Shown piece by piece: positions 1-10,294 of a stretch of 64,000 nt of DNA. The position numbers and the translations under genes were made by a program. The stretch is taken from the NCBI GenBank assembly GCA_963764725.1, contig CAVXTM010000012.1, positions 128,001 through 192,000 on the forward strand. The letters are read 5' to 3'. Numbering within the stretch: position 1 is the stretch's first letter; every line of letters begins with the position of its first letter. The DNA comes from an uncultured Gammaproteobacteria bacterium. GTDB lineage: Bacteria; Pseudomonadota; Gammaproteobacteria; JACCXJ01. The notes below the pieces were generated by a model, which saw only the letters and a program-made list of their open reading frames with translations, ran no database searches and was not told the DNA's origin.

Positions 1-2
1 AG

Positions 3-2132
3 CGCGTCGCCGATCGCATCGAGATCCGTTTCGAAGAGGCCAAACCTGCGGAACTTCCGGCCGCCGCGCTCGCCGAAAGCCCGATCTACCGGGGCGGCGA
101 ACAGCTTCAGCCCTGGCAGCGGTCGTTCGTGACGATGTTCCTGCTACACCGCGAGACCTATGGCAAGGCACGCCTGCTGCTGGCGGATGAGGTGGGGGTT
201 GGCAAGACGCTGTCATTGGCCGCTAGTGCCATGCTGTCGGCGCTACTGGACGATGGTCCAGTGCTGATCCTCTGTCCCTCCACTCTCACCTTGCAGTGGC
301 AAGTGGAGCTTGCGGACAAGCTCGGTATCCCCAGTGCGGTCTGGTTATCAGCAAAAAAGGTGTGGATTGACCCGAGGGGACACATCATCAAGACCCGTGG
401 GCCTGAAGACATCACCCGCTGCCCGTTCCGCATCGCCATCGTATCCACCGGCTTGATTTTCCACGACTCCGAGGAAAGACAGCACTTGCTGGCGCCCAAG
501 TTCGGGACCATCGTCCTTGACGAGGCTCACAAGGCGCGGCGTCGCGGCGGTCTCGGCGAGAAGAAGGACGAGCCCAACAATCTACTTGATTTTATGCTGC
601 GCATCGGCTCACGTACCCGGAACCTTCTCCTCGGCACGGCAACGCCCATTCAGATCGAGGTCTACGAGCTGTGGGATCTCTTGCGTATCCTCAACGCCGG
701 CACGGACTTCGTGCTAGGGCGGGAGTTGTTTGACCGGTGGGCCGACTGGGAGAGGGCCCTGCCGCTGGTGAAGGGTAACGAGACACCCGCCGATGAGCGC
801 GATGCTTGGGAGTGGTTGCGAAATCCATTGCCACCGGCAAGCGAAGATACGCTGTTCGCCACTTTGCGCCTGCAGCTCGGGCTGCCCGACCAAGTCTTTT
901 TCACCAACCGGGGCTTCGGTTCGCTGGGATTCCTCGAACAGCAGGCGGTCGGTCAAACTCTAGCGCCTGGTTTTCATCGCGAGCACAACCCTATTGTCCG
1001 CCATACCGTCCTCCGCCGGCGGCAGACGCTCGAAGAGGCGGGTCTGCTCGAAAAGGTCGGTGTCAACATTCACCCGGACCCAGACGCACCCGCGACTGCC
1101 TATCCTGGAGTCGGGTTCAGTGGCTTGGGTTTGCTCACCAATCACCCCTTTGATCTCGCCTACGGGGCGGCTGAGGCGTTCACGGCCGCGCTCAAGCAGC
1201 GCAGCAAGGCAGCGGGTTTCATGAAGAGCCTGCTCCTCCAGCGCATCTGTTCGAGCTTTGCTTCCGGCCGCGCCACAGCGGAGAAGATGCTGCACCGGGA
1301 AAACCTAGATGACGAGGAGCAGACGAGTCTGGTGGATGATGCTCTTGCTGCGCTCGCGCCGGGTGAGGCCGGACACCTTCGCACCATTGTCGAGGAGTTG
1401 TCTCGGCCCGAAGCTCGCGACCCAAAACTGGCTGCGGTCCGCTACTTCCTGACCGAGCATCGGACTGAGGGCAGGACCTGGTTAGAGCACGGTTGCATCA
1501 TCTTCAGCCAGTACTATGACACCGCCTATTTTGTCGGCGCTGAACTCGCGAAAATGCTCCCTGACGAGCCAGTCGGTGTCTATGCAGGCGCAGGCAAGAG
1601 CGGACTATTTCGCGGCGAAGACTTCGCGTCCGTCGAACGTGAGGAAATCAAGACGGCTGTGAAGAAGCGACAAGTCCGACTGGTGATCGCCACCGATGCC
1701 GCCTGCGAGGGCTTGAACTTGCAGACCCTCGGGACGCTTATCAACATCGACCTGCCCTGGAACCCGTCACGACTCGAACAGCGGCTAGGGCGCATCAAGC
1801 GGTTCGGTCAAGCGCGGCGGACCGTGGACATGCTAAATCTCGTCTATCACGACACCCAAGATGAGGAAGTCTACCGGGTCTTGTCCCGCCGGATGAAGGA
1901 TCGCTTCGACATCTTCGGCGGGCTACCAGACACCATCGAGGACGACTGGATCGATACCGTGGAGCGTCTTGAAGAAATGATGGACGAGTATATTCATCTG
2001 CGACAGCAAGCGCGCGACGTGTTCGAGATGCGTTACCAAGAGACCATCGATCCAGACAAGGATCGATGGGAGTTGTGTTCCAAAGTTCTATCGAGAAAAG
2101 ATGTAGTAGATCGGCTCTCGGTGCCATGGTGA
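3..2132 (+). CDS. SNF2-family helicase (5'-truncated by the window edge); resembles the PLD-SNF2 subunit of restriction-like (DUF499/DUF1156/DUF3780) anti-phage systems
   Basis: Frame is open from nt 3 (RVADRIEIRF...AESPIYRGGEQLQPWQRSF). Motifs: LLADEVGVGKT (I), DEAH (II), TATP (III), ATDAACEGLNLQ (V), DLPWNPSRLEQRLGRIKR (VI). Confidence 0.85.
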   Translation, partial: RVADRIEIRFEEAKPAELPAAALAESPIYRGGEQLQPWQRSFVTMFLLHRETYGKARLLLADEVGVGKTLSLAASAMLSALLDDGPVLILCPSTLTLQWQVELADKLGIPSAVWLSAKKVWIDPRGHIIKTRGPEDITRCPFRIAIVSTGLIFHDSEERQHLLAPKFGTIVLDEAHKARRRGGLGEKKDEPNNLLDFMLRIGSRTRNLLLGTATPIQIEVYELWDLLRILNAGTDFVLGRELFDRWADWERALPLVKGNETPADERDAWEWLRNPLPPASEDTLFATLRLQLGLPDQVFFTNRGFGSLGFLEQQAVGQTLAPGFHREHNPIVRHTVLRRRQTLEEAGLLEKVGVNIHPDPDAPATAYPGVGFSGLGLLTNHPFDLAYGAAEAFTAALKQRSKAAGFMKSLLLQRICSSFASGRATAEKMLHRENLDDEEQTSLVDDALAALAPGEAGHLRTIVEELSRPEARDPKLAAVRYFLTEHRTEGRTWLEHGCIIFSQYYDTAYFVGAELAKMLPDEPVGVYAGAGKSGLFRGEDFASVEREEIKTAVKKRQVRLVIATDAACEGLNLQTLGTLINIDLPWNPSRLEQRLGRIKRFGQARRTVDMLNLVYHDTQDEEVYRVLSRRMKDRFDIFGGLPDTIEDDWIDTVERLEEMMDEYIHLRQQARDVFEMRYQETIDPDKDRWELCSKVLSRKDVVDRLSVPW

Positions 2133-2154
2133 CAATAAGGACCTTCCGCACCGA

Positions 2155-2511
2155 ATGAGTTACATGATGCCAGGCTGGCTACCGACATCCAACACGTGTT
2201 TACTTTTCGCGGGCGTCCCATCGAACGTATCAACAACACGGGTGGAAAGAGGCACGGCTACGTGCGGCCTTCCCGATGTCCGCGTTCACGATTTGAAGCA
2301 CACGTTCGGGCGACGGTTACGTTCAGCGGGGGTGAGCTTCGAAGATCGACAAGATTTGTTGGAGTACAAACCGGTACGAATCACGACACATTTATTCGGC
2401 CGCAGAGCTATCGAATCTCATCGAAGCCGCCAGCGCGATTTGCGAGACCGAGTCCCGCAAAAGTCCCGCATTGGTTTTTCTGCGAGGCCGAATATGCGCG
2501 TAAGTGATTGA
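2155..2511 (+). pseudogene. Tyrosine recombinase/integrase C-terminal remnant (frameshifted)
   Basis: VFTFRGRPIERINN lies in one frame, then RVHDLKHTFGRRLRSAGVSFEDRQDLL...ITTH (box II-like) in another. The catalytic H/Y region is degenerate and the N-terminal part is missing. Abuts the tRNA 3' end. Confidence 0.8.
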
Positions 2512-2519
2512 TTATATGA

Positions 2520-2593
<74 letters not shown>

Positions 2594-2607
2594 GCAGCCA
2601 TCGACCG

Positions 2608-4470
2608 TTAATCGAGGAAGGTACGCAGTTGTTCCGAACGGGAAGGATGGCGCAGTTTCCGCAACGCTTTGGCTTCAATTTGTCTAATCCGTTCCCGTGT
2701 GACGTCAAATTGCTTACCTACTTCTTCTAAGGTGTGATCGGTGTTCATGTCGATTCCGAAGCGCATCTGTAATACCTTGGTTTCACGCGGAGTTAATCCT
2801 GCCAATACTTCCCGCGTCGTCCGGCACAGACCCTCGAAGGTAGCGAGGTCCACCGGCATCAGTGTGTTTTGGTCTTCAATGAAATCCCCTAAATGCGAGT
2901 CTTCGTCGTCACCGATGGGGGTTTCCATAGAGATCGGCTCCTTCGCGATTTTTAATACCTTGCGGATCTTTTCCTCGGGCATTTCCATGCGCTTGGCGAG
3001 CTCTTCGGGCGTCGGCTCCCGGCCCATTTCCTGGACAATTTGGCGCGAGATGCGGTTGAGCTTGTTGATCGTTTCAATCATATGCACGGGAATTCGAATC
3101 GTTCTGGCCTGGTCGGCGATCGAGCGAGTGATCGCTTGCCGTATCCACCAGGTGGCGTAGGTGGAAAATTTGTAACCCCGGCGGTATTCGAATTTATCCA
3201 CCGCCTTCATCAGGCCGATATTTCCTTCCTGAATCAGATCCAGGAACAATAGCCCGCGGTTGGTGTACTTCTTCGCAATCGAGATGACCAGCCGCAGGTT
3301 TGCCTCAACCATCTCCTTCTTTGCACGTCGTGCTTTCGCCTCCCCAATCGACATACGGCGGTTAATGTCTTTAATTTCAACAATCGTCAGTACTGTGTTC
3401 CTTTCGATCGCAGCGAGCTTCTTTTGCGCCTGGACGATTTCATCACCGTGCGCCCTGATGGCGGCTGCCCACGGCTTACGCGAACGCCCTAAGGACTTCG
3501 TCCATTGGAGATTGGTCTCATTGTTCTGCAACGAGCTGATTGCGTCTTTGCGTGGCATATTCGCACGCTGCGTGCAAATCTCCATGATTTCCCGTTCCAG
3601 CACGCGGATATTCTCGACGATTTGCCGAACTTCGCTCGTGAGCTTATCGACAAGCTTGGGTACAAACCGAAACTCGAGGATGTACACGCAAAGTCCGTCT
3701 CGCAGTCTTTTGGTCTTGGGATCATTGCGCCCGTTTCTCTTTACCGCGCTGAGGATCTTATGGTGCATTTTTTTAAGGGCGACAAACCTCTCTTTGACCT
3801 CCTCGGGATTCAAAGCGAAACTCAATGGGTCCGCCTCGTCGTCTTGCTCTCGTTCCTCGGCCTCCTCATCCTCGTCTTTTAGGGGGCGAACGTTCGCCGA
3901 TGCGATCGGTGGCTTCAATTCGCCCGCCTTTAGCTCCTCTCCGGAAGAGAAACCGTTGAGCACGTCGCTTAGTTTCGACTCGCCGGCCTCTACCTGGCCG
4001 TATTCAGTCAGTAGTTTTTCGACGATGTAAGGGAAGTCAGCGAGCGCCGAGAGTGCTTGATTGAGCCCTTCTTCGATGCGCTTTGCGATCGCGATCTCAC
4101 CCTCGCGCGTGAGCAGATCAACCGTGCCCATCTCGCGCATGTACATGCGAACCGGATCGGTGGTGCGGCCAAACTCGTCGTCAACAGGTACAAAGGCGGC
4201 CGCGGCATCTTCCGCGACATCCTCATCGGCGGCGATCGCTGTATCAGCTAACAGCAGGGATTCGATATCGGGCGCCGTTTCATGGACCTCGATTCCCATG
4301 TCCGTGATCATGCCGATGATGTCCTCGATTTGCTCGGGATCGACGATGCCCTCCGGGAGGTGGTCATTGACCTCATGATAGGTCAGAAAACCTTGCTCCT
4401 TCCCTTTTGCGATGAGTTGTTTAATCTGCGAGCGTTCGTCGCCGGAGTCGATATCTTCGGGAGTATCCAT
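2608..4470 (-). CDS. rpoD: RNA polymerase primary sigma factor sigma-70
   Basis: Region 1.1, [60 protein letters not shown], region 4 [20 protein letters not shown]. Confidence 0.99.
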   Translation of the reverse strand: MDTPEDIDSGDERSQIKQLIAKGKEQGFLTYHEVNDHLPEGIVDPEQIEDIIGMITDMGIEVHETAPDIESLLLADTAIAADEDVAEDAAAAFVPVDDEFGRTTDPVRMYMREMGTVDLLTREGEIAIAKRIEEGLNQALSALADFPYIVEKLLTEYGQVEAGESKLSDVLNGFSSGEELKAGELKPPIASANVRPLKDEDEEAEEREQDDEADPLSFALNPEEVKERFVALKKMHHKILSAVKRNGRNDPKTKRLRDGLCVYILEFRFVPKLVDKLTSEVRQIVENIRVLEREIMEICTQRANMPRKDAISSLQNNETNLQWTKSLGRSRKPWAAAIRAHGDEIVQAQKKLAAIERNTVLTIVEIKDINRRMSIGEAKARRAKKEMVEANLRLVISIAKKYTNRGLLFLDLIQEGNIGLMKAVDKFEYRRGYKFSTYATWWIRQAITRSIADQARTIRIPVHMIETINKLNRISRQIVQEMGREPTPEELAKRMEMPEEKIRKVLKIAKEPISMETPIGDDEDSHLGDFIEDQNTLMPVDLATFEGLCRTTREVLAGLTPRETKVLQMRFGIDMNTDHTLEEVGKQFDVTRERIRQIEAKALRKLRHPSRSEQLRTFLD

Positions 4471-4589
4471 AGTTAAAGTGTAAACTGCTCAATGCGTTAA
4501 AAGATCAATTGAAAGTATAGTAAAGCAATCTGCCAGATCGCTATGATTCAGAATTACCGTTAATTCGGCGCAAAAATGCTAACTTTATC

Positions 4590-6347
4590 CTATTCGTTAA
4601 TGGTATCGCTAGCGCTTGCGGCTGGTTTGCTGTTACTGGCGAGTGCTGCCCGCAGTTCCGCTTTTGCTCGCTGCGTAAGCGCGCCCGGATTGCATGTCAG
4701 CAACCGAGCCCGCCGTTGCTTGTTGGCGAGAGCCTGTAAGCGCTCCATGGCCCCCGCGAATTCCGCTTCCAAAGCCTCATTTGATACCAGCGGGTCCTCG
4801 GCCGCCAGCCGATTCAAAAAACTGCTTTCCTCGGCGCCGCGCCACCGCTCAAGAAGGGCGCCGCAATGGATCCCGGGATGATCTTGGATTAAACGAACCA
4901 ACTCCAAAAATATCCCGATGTGGGGAAGTCCCACCGGCTTGAGATCCTGGGTCAGATCGACCCGCATGGCTAATTCCGGCCGCCGCAGCATGATTGCAAT
5001 CGCAGATTGAATAATGGATGGTGCTGGGCGGCGAGTGGGGACGACGACTTTCTCGGCCGGACGCGCCGTTCGCGCCAGAGCCGCTAATTCGTCCGCATCC
5101 AGCGTTGAAAGTTCCCCTAAGCGGCGTCGCAAAAGCTGTTGTAATGCGCCGGGCGGCAGAAGGTTTATGTATGGGTTTCCCAGCGCGACCAGCCGGGCGC
5201 TACCTTCGGGCGTATTCAGGTTGGCCCTTTTTAATAGGCTTGCGAAGAGGAACTCCGAGAGCGCTGTCACCTTGTCCGTGGTTTCGAATAGCGTGGCGCC
5301 CGCCTTACGCACCCAGCTGTCGGGATCTTCGCCCGCCGGCAAAAATAGAAAGCCCAGCGTTCGCCCATCCTTCATCTGCGGCAGGATCACGTTAAGCGAG
5401 CGCCAAGCGGCGCGCTCGCCGGCCTCATCGCCATCGAAGCACAGGATGACCTCGGGAACCGCACGAAACAAGCGGGTGACGTGATCGCGGGTGAGTGCCG
5501 TGCCGAGGGTCGCGACCGCATGGTTGATCCCGAACTGTGCCAGGGCGATCACGTCCATATAACCTTCGACGACCAGAAGGCGCGGCGGATCCGCGCCGAC
5601 TTTTAAGGCCCGGTGCAATCCGTAGAGCTCGGCCCCTTTGTGGAAAACCGGAGTCTCGGGCGAGTTGAGGTACTTGGGCTCGCCGCCGTCCAGGCCACGT
5701 CCACCAAACCCGACGATCCTGCCCCGCGTGTCTCGGATCGGGAACATGATCCGGTCCCGAAAACGGTCGTAATAGCGGCCGTCCGGTTTCGCGATCACAA
5801 GCCCCGCCAGGCTAAGCGTACGCAGGGCTTGCGGGGAAGTCCCCAAGGCCCGCTGCAGCCCATCCCAATCCGGTGGGGCATAACCCAGATCGAAATCGGC
5901 GGCGACACGGCCGGTTAAACCCCGCTGCTTGAGGTAGGCGACGGCCCGGTTTGCGGCGGGCCGTTGGCGCAACTGCGCCGCGTAGTGCTTGGAGGCCTGC
6001 GCCAAGATATCGTACAGGTCAGCGCTTGGGGCTGGGGGCGTGCCAGGATCGGTGCTGAGCGGCATGCCGGCGCGATCGGCCAGCTCAGCTACCGCCTCGA
6101 CGAAGCTCAGGCGCAGATAATTGATTAAAAAGTTGATGGCGGAGCCACCTGCGCCGCACCCGAAACAGTAATAAAACTGTTTCTCGCGGTTGACGCTGAA
6201 CGACGGGGTTTTCTCGTTGTGGAAAGGGCAAAGCGCTACATAATTGCGTCCGACCTTGCGCAAGTTAAGGAATTCTTCGATCACCTCGACGACGTCCGTC
6301 TTGGACAACAGTTCATCGATGACCGGCTGTGAAATGCGGCGGGTCAT
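4590..6347 (-). CDS. dnaG: DNA primase
   Basis: CHC2 zinc finger CPFHNEKTPSF...CFGC, KYLNSPET, Toprim VVEGYMDV and FDGDEAG; upstream of rpoD. Confidence 0.98.
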   Translation of the reverse strand: MTRRISQPVIDELLSKTDVVEVIEEFLNLRKVGRNYVALCPFHNEKTPSFSVNREKQFYYCFGCGAGGSAINFLINYLRLSFVEAVAELADRAGMPLSTDPGTPPAPSADLYDILAQASKHYAAQLRQRPAANRAVAYLKQRGLTGRVAADFDLGYAPPDWDGLQRALGTSPQALRTLSLAGLVIAKPDGRYYDRFRDRIMFPIRDTRGRIVGFGGRGLDGGEPKYLNSPETPVFHKGAELYGLHRALKVGADPPRLLVVEGYMDVIALAQFGINHAVATLGTALTRDHVTRLFRAVPEVILCFDGDEAGERAAWRSLNVILPQMKDGRTLGFLFLPAGEDPDSWVRKAGATLFETTDKVTALSEFLFASLLKRANLNTPEGSARLVALGNPYINLLPPGALQQLLRRRLGELSTLDADELAALARTARPAEKVVVPTRRPAPSIIQSAIAIMLRRPELAMRVDLTQDLKPVGLPHIGIFLELVRLIQDHPGIHCGALLERWRGAEESSFLNRLAAEDPLVSNEALEAEFAGAMERLQALANKQRRARLLTCNPGALTQRAKAELRAALASNSKPAASASDTINE

Positions 6348-6428
6348 GCCTAAGCCTTACTCTTTCGAGTATAGACGCGGCAAGCCACAATGCCAGTCTG
6401 TCGCGGTACCGGATCGGGCCGCTCGGAT

Positions 6429-6516
6429 TCAGCCGCCCAGGCGGTGCTTAAGCGCCTGGCTAACCTGTGCCATGTCCGCGGCGGCCCTGGACGCGCTCCT
6501 TAAGCGTGAGCGGCAT
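6429..6516 (-). pseudogene. GatB/YqeY-domain gene remnant (N- and C-termini only)
   Basis: [12 protein letters not shown] followed, after a +1 shift, by ADMAQVSQALKHRLGG*. These match the YqeY termini, at the usual rpsU-yqeY-dnaG position. Confidence 0.7.
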
Positions 6517-6784
6517 CCGCGTAGGAGCCTCGATGGAAACGCCGGACGACGGGCTTGCCCCGCTGCCCGAATGCGGAGGGTGTGAGGCGGGCTTGGGTAC
6601 GGGCGAGTTTCTTTTGCCAGCGCTTGACGGCCGCGGCTGCCTTACGCTTCCGCACCTGGGTCGGTTTCTCGTAAAATTCGCGCCGGTGCACCTCGGCCAG
6701 GACACCCGCCTTTTCGCAGGCGCGCTTGAAGCGCCGCAAGGCGATGTCGAAGGGTTCATTGTCTCTCACTCTTACTGACGGCAT
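6500..6784 (-). CDS. rpsU: 30S ribosomal protein S21 (with C-terminal extension)
   Basis: [42 protein letters not shown]. Confidence 0.97.
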   Translation of the reverse strand: MPSVRVRDNEPFDIALRRFKRACEKAGVLAEVHRREFYEKPTQVRKRKAAAAVKRWQKKLARTQARLTPSAFGQRGKPVVRRFHRGSYADAAHA

Positions 6785-6887
6785 TGAGAATCGGATCCTT
6801 GTGAAGATTTAGTTTATTACAAAAACGGTATAGTGTAATCGACTCTGCTCCCTGGGCAAAGTCCGTACCGTCGTTAAAAAGCCGTCC

Positions 6888-7898
6888 ATGCGCGTGCTAG
6901 GAATAGAAACCTCGTGTGACGAGACCGGGATCGCGATCTACGATTCAGAGCGCGGGCTATTGGCGCATGTGTTGCGCACCCAGGCTCCCCTGCATGCCTA
7001 CTACGGGGGCGTGGTGCCTGAGCTGGCCTCGCGCGATCATGTTCGCCACATTACCCCGCTCATCCGGTCGGCACTCTGGAAGGCGGACTGTGAGGCGCGG
7101 GATCTTGGGGGTGCCAGCTATACCGCGGGGCCGGGCCTCATCGGCGCGCTTCTTGCCGGGGCCGCCGTGGCGCGCAGCCTGGCCTGGTCGCTCGGGATCC
7201 CATGCTTAGGGGTCCATCATATGGAAGGCCATCTGCTCGCTCCGATGTTGGAGCCCGCCCCGCCCGTACCGCCCTTGCTCGCGCTTCTCGTCTCCGGCGG
7301 GCACACCCAGCTCGTGGACGTGGCGCGGGTCGGGAGTTATCGGATCCTCGGCGAGTCCGTGGACGATGCCGCGGGCGAGGCCTTCGACAAAACGGCGAAG
7401 TTGCTCGGCCTCGGTTACCCAGGCGGTCCCGCACTCGAGCGTCTTGCCGAGCAGGGCGAAGCCGGCCGATTCGTGTTTCCACGTCCCATGACAAACCGGC
7501 CCGGCCTGAACTTTAGTTTCAGCGGTTTGAAGACGTTTACGCTCCAAACCCTGCGGACAACACGCGACGACCAAAAAACGCGTGCGGATATCGCGCGCGC
7601 TTTCACCGATGCGGTGGTTGACACCTTGGTGATCAAGTGCCGGCGTGCGCTCGAAGCGACCGGCTACCGGCGGCTTGTGGCAGCGGGCGGCGTGAGCGCC
7701 AACCGCGCTTTACGCACTCGCTTGCGCGAGCTTAGCGGCGACGGGATCCAGGTCTACTACCCGCGGCCCGAGTTCTGCACCGACAACGGCGCGATGATTG
7801 CCTATGCGGGATGGGTGCGCCTTCGCGCCGGCCACCGCGACGGCCTAGAGTTCCCGGTACGGCCGCGCTGGCCGCTGGCCGAGCTGCCTCCCGTTTAG
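6888..7898 (+). CDS. tsaD: tRNA N6-adenosine threonylcarbamoyltransferase
   Basis: [57 protein letters not shown]. Confidence 0.98.
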   Translation: MRVLGIETSCDETGIAIYDSERGLLAHVLRTQAPLHAYYGGVVPELASRDHVRHITPLIRSALWKADCEARDLGGASYTAGPGLIGALLAGAAVARSLAWSLGIPCLGVHHMEGHLLAPMLEPAPPVPPLLALLVSGGHTQLVDVARVGSYRILGESVDDAAGEAFDKTAKLLGLGYPGGPALERLAEQGEAGRFVFPRPMTNRPGLNFSFSGLKTFTLQTLRTTRDDQKTRADIARAFTDAVVDTLVIKCRRALEATGYRRLVAAGGVSANRALRTRLRELSGDGIQVYYPRPEFCTDNGAMIAYAGWVRLRAGHRDGLEFPVRPRWPLAELPPV

Positions 7899-7905
7899 AT
7901 CCGCG

Positions 7906-8517
7906 CTATTCCGCCCGTGCAGCCACCTCTTTGGCACCGATTTTCGCTTCGGTCCCCGCGAGCAACTTGCGCAGGTTTCCACGGTGCCGCCAGAAGATCA
8001 GCGCCACCATCAACACGACGACCGCGGCATGAATCCAGATGCGGTCAAGCAAAAAAACCATGAGCGGCGAGCACGCGGCGGCCCCCAAGGCGGCGAGCGA
8101 CGAATAGCGAAATAGGCCCGCTAAGGCCAACCATACCAGCATGAAGCCGATCCCGGCCGGCCAAGCGAAGCCATAGAGCACGCCGATGAAGGTCGCGACC
8201 CCCTTGCCTCCGTGGAAGCCAAAGAATACCGGGTAGAGATGGCCCACAAACGCCGCGAGGCCCATCAAGGCGAGACCCGGACCGGACACGCCCAGCACGC
8301 GCCCAATGACCAGCGGCAGCAAACCCTTGAGTAGATCCCCTGCCAAGGTAATGACCGCCGCCGGCTTGCCGGCAAGCCTCAAGACGTTGGTCGCGCCTGG
8401 GTTACCCGAGCCCTGCGCCCGCGGATCGGGGAATCCGCCCACCCGGCAGACGACGATGGCCGAGGAAATCGATCCCAAAAGATAACTGCAGCAAATCAGG
8501 GCGATCTCGAGCAGCAT
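7906..8517 (-). CDS. plsY: Glycerol-3-phosphate acyltransferase
   Basis: YLLGSI, GSGNPGATNVLR, GHLYPVFFGFHGGKGVAT, RHRGNLRKL. Start taken at MLLEIAL (the ORF track extends to 8556). Confidence 0.96.
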   Translation of the reverse strand: MLLEIALICCSYLLGSISSAIVVCRVGGFPDPRAQGSGNPGATNVLRLAGKPAAVITLAGDLLKGLLPLVIGRVLGVSGPGLALMGLAAFVGHLYPVFFGFHGGKGVATFIGVLYGFAWPAGIGFMLVWLALAGLFRYSSLAALGAAACSPLMVFLLDRIWIHAAVVVLMVALIFWRHRGNLRKLLAGTEAKIGAKEVAARAE

Positions 8518-8647
8518 AGCGCTATTGGAGTCGCTTGGCCTTGACACGTCAAACAAGCATCGGGTTTAGTGTTCTATCATCGGACCGAAAAAGTAATGTG
8601 AAAACCGCACAGATGGCCGTGGCCAGGCGCATACCGTTGAACTGCGT

Positions 8648-9025
8648 ATGGATATCATTTATATAACCGATCTGCGCATCGAAGCCGTGATCGGGGTCTA
8701 TGCCTGGGAGCGGCAACTCAAGCAAGTAGTCATCTTCGACCTCGAGCTCGGCACCGATATCCGCAAAGCCGCGCTCACGGATTCGGTGGCCGACACGCTG
8801 AATTACAAGGATGTCGCCAAACGGGTGATGGCCTTCGTCACAGAGAGCCGCTACCAGTTGGTTGAGTCACTTGCCGAGGCCGTCGCCGAGCTCATCATCA
8901 AGGAGTTCGATATTCCCTGGCTCCGCTTACGGCTGAACAAGCAGGGTGCCGTGCGCGGTGTGCGCGACGTCGGCGTCATCATCGAACGCGGCCGCCGGGA
9001 GGAAGCGTGGCACGGGTCTATGTAA
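8648..9025 (+). CDS. folB: Dihydroneopterin aldolase
   Basis: MDIIYITDLRIEAVIGVYAWER...TLNYKDV...LVESLAE...VGVIIER; divergent from plsY. Confidence 0.96.
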   Translation: MDIIYITDLRIEAVIGVYAWERQLKQVVIFDLELGTDIRKAALTDSVADTLNYKDVAKRVMAFVTESRYQLVESLAEAVAELIIKEFDIPWLRLRLNKQGAVRGVRDVGVIIERGRREEAWHGSM

Positions 9026-9534
9026 GCATAGGCAGCAATGTGGAGCGCCGGGACAACATTCGCAGCGCTATCGCATCTCTGCGCAGCCAGTTCGGGGAAT
9101 TGATGCTGTCGCCCGTCTACGAGAGCGCCGCCATCGGCTTTCCCGGAGATCATTTCTATAATCTTGTCGTGGGCCTCAGTACCGATTTAGATCCGCACGG
9201 ACTGCGGACGCGCCTAGCCGCGATCGAGTCTCAGCATGGCCGCACACCCGGTACGCCGCGCTATGCGCCCCGGCCGCTCGACCTCGACATCTTGCTTTAT
9301 GACGATCTCGTGGTTCGAAACAATGGCTTGGACCTGCCGCGTAAGGACATCACCCGTTATGCCTTCGTGTTGCGGCCCTTGGCTGACATCGCCGGCGAGG
9401 TCATGCACCCGCTCGAGGGCCGACGGATCCGGGAGCTTTGGGCGCAGTTTGATAAGAGTGGACAAGCGCTTGTGCCGGTTCCCCATGAAGACATCTTGGG
9501 ACCGTCTGCAAGCGCTTCGGAGCCGCGCGTGTGA
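9007..9534 (+). CDS. folK: 2-amino-4-hydroxy-6-hydroxymethyldihydropteridine diphosphokinase
   Basis: VYVSIGSNV, SPVYES, FYNLVV, PRPLDLDILLY, AFVLRPLADI. Confidence 0.95.
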   Translation: MARVYVSIGSNVERRDNIRSAIASLRSQFGELMLSPVYESAAIGFPGDHFYNLVVGLSTDLDPHGLRTRLAAIESQHGRTPGTPRYAPRPLDLDILLYDDLVVRNNGLDLPRKDITRYAFVLRPLADIAGEVMHPLEGRRIRELWAQFDKSGQALVPVPHEDILGPSASASEPRV

Positions 9535-10145
9535 ACATCCTATGTCGGGGCGATTTCATTACCGAGGGCAGCGTTATGCAAAGTCAAAATATTTCGCCTG
9601 CGGGGCACGTACCCAGCAGGCGACCAAAGGGGAGAGTTGCACTACTCCCCTTCGGAAACCCCAATGCTAAAGTGCCCGCCGTAAACGGCGGAATATTAGC
9701 GAATAGAATACAAGCGTTGGCAAGAACCTTCGCGGGGCGTCATGCGGCAGCGCTCATCGCCGTCTTGCTGGCGGCCGCGTGCGCGGGGATGGAAACCCAC
9801 GAGCGCTTGGAAAACCTGGAGTTGAGTATCGCCACCTACGAAAACGCGCTGCGCTGGGGCGATTACGACGCGGCGGCGTTGTATCGTGTTTCTCCTACCG
9901 GCCCCTACCCGCCGATCAACACGGAACCCCTTCAAGCTATTCGGGTCGCCTCCTACGAGATCGTCAATCAGACCATGAACGCAACTGAGACCAAGGCCAT
10001 CGTGACGGTCCTGTTTCGTTATTATTACCAGGATGTAGGCCAGGTCGCCACGCTTCGCGATGTCCAGAAATGGTGGTATGACGCGGCCCCGAAGCGCTGG
10101 TTCCTGGATGGCGAATTGCCAGATTTTCAGCGTCACCACGAATAG
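9531..10145 (+). CDS. Hypothetical lipoprotein (true start uncertain; the called N-terminus runs through a repeat element)
   Basis: Hydrophobic stretch and lipobox-like AVLLAAAC, then YENALRWGDY...QKWWYD. Confidence 0.6.
   Translation: MNILCRGDFITEGSVMQSQNISPAGHVPSRRPKGRVALLPFGNPNAKVPAVNGGILANRIQALARTFAGRHAAALIAVLLAAACAGMETHERLENLELSIATYENALRWGDYDAAALYRVSPTGPYPPINTEPLQAIRVASYEIVNQTMNATETKAIVTVLFRYYYQDVGQVATLRDVQKWWYDAAPKRWFLDGELPDFQRHHE
9583..9697 (+). repeat. Dispersed three-hairpin repeat, copy A
   Basis: gtcaa...cgcctgcgggg/cccagcaggcg, ccaaaggggagag-ttgcac-tactccccttcgg, aaaccccaatgctaa, cccgccgtaaacggcgg. Confidence 0.85.
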
Positions 10146-10150
10146 CTTGA

Positions 10151-10265
10151 GTCAATATATATCGCCTGCGGGGTATGTACCCGGCAGGCGACCAAAGGGA
10201 AGAGTTGCACTACTCCTCTTTGGAAATCCCAATGCTAAAGTGCCCGTCGCAAGCGGCTGGGTGTC
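10151..10265 (+). repeat. Dispersed three-hairpin repeat, copy B
   Basis: Closely similar to copy A: gtcaatatatatcgcctgcggggtatgtacccggcaggcgaccaaagggaagagttgcactactcctctttggaaatcccaatgctaaag. Confidence 0.85.
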
Positions 10266-10294
10266 AGTGAACAAAACCTCATGCGCCGATCTGA

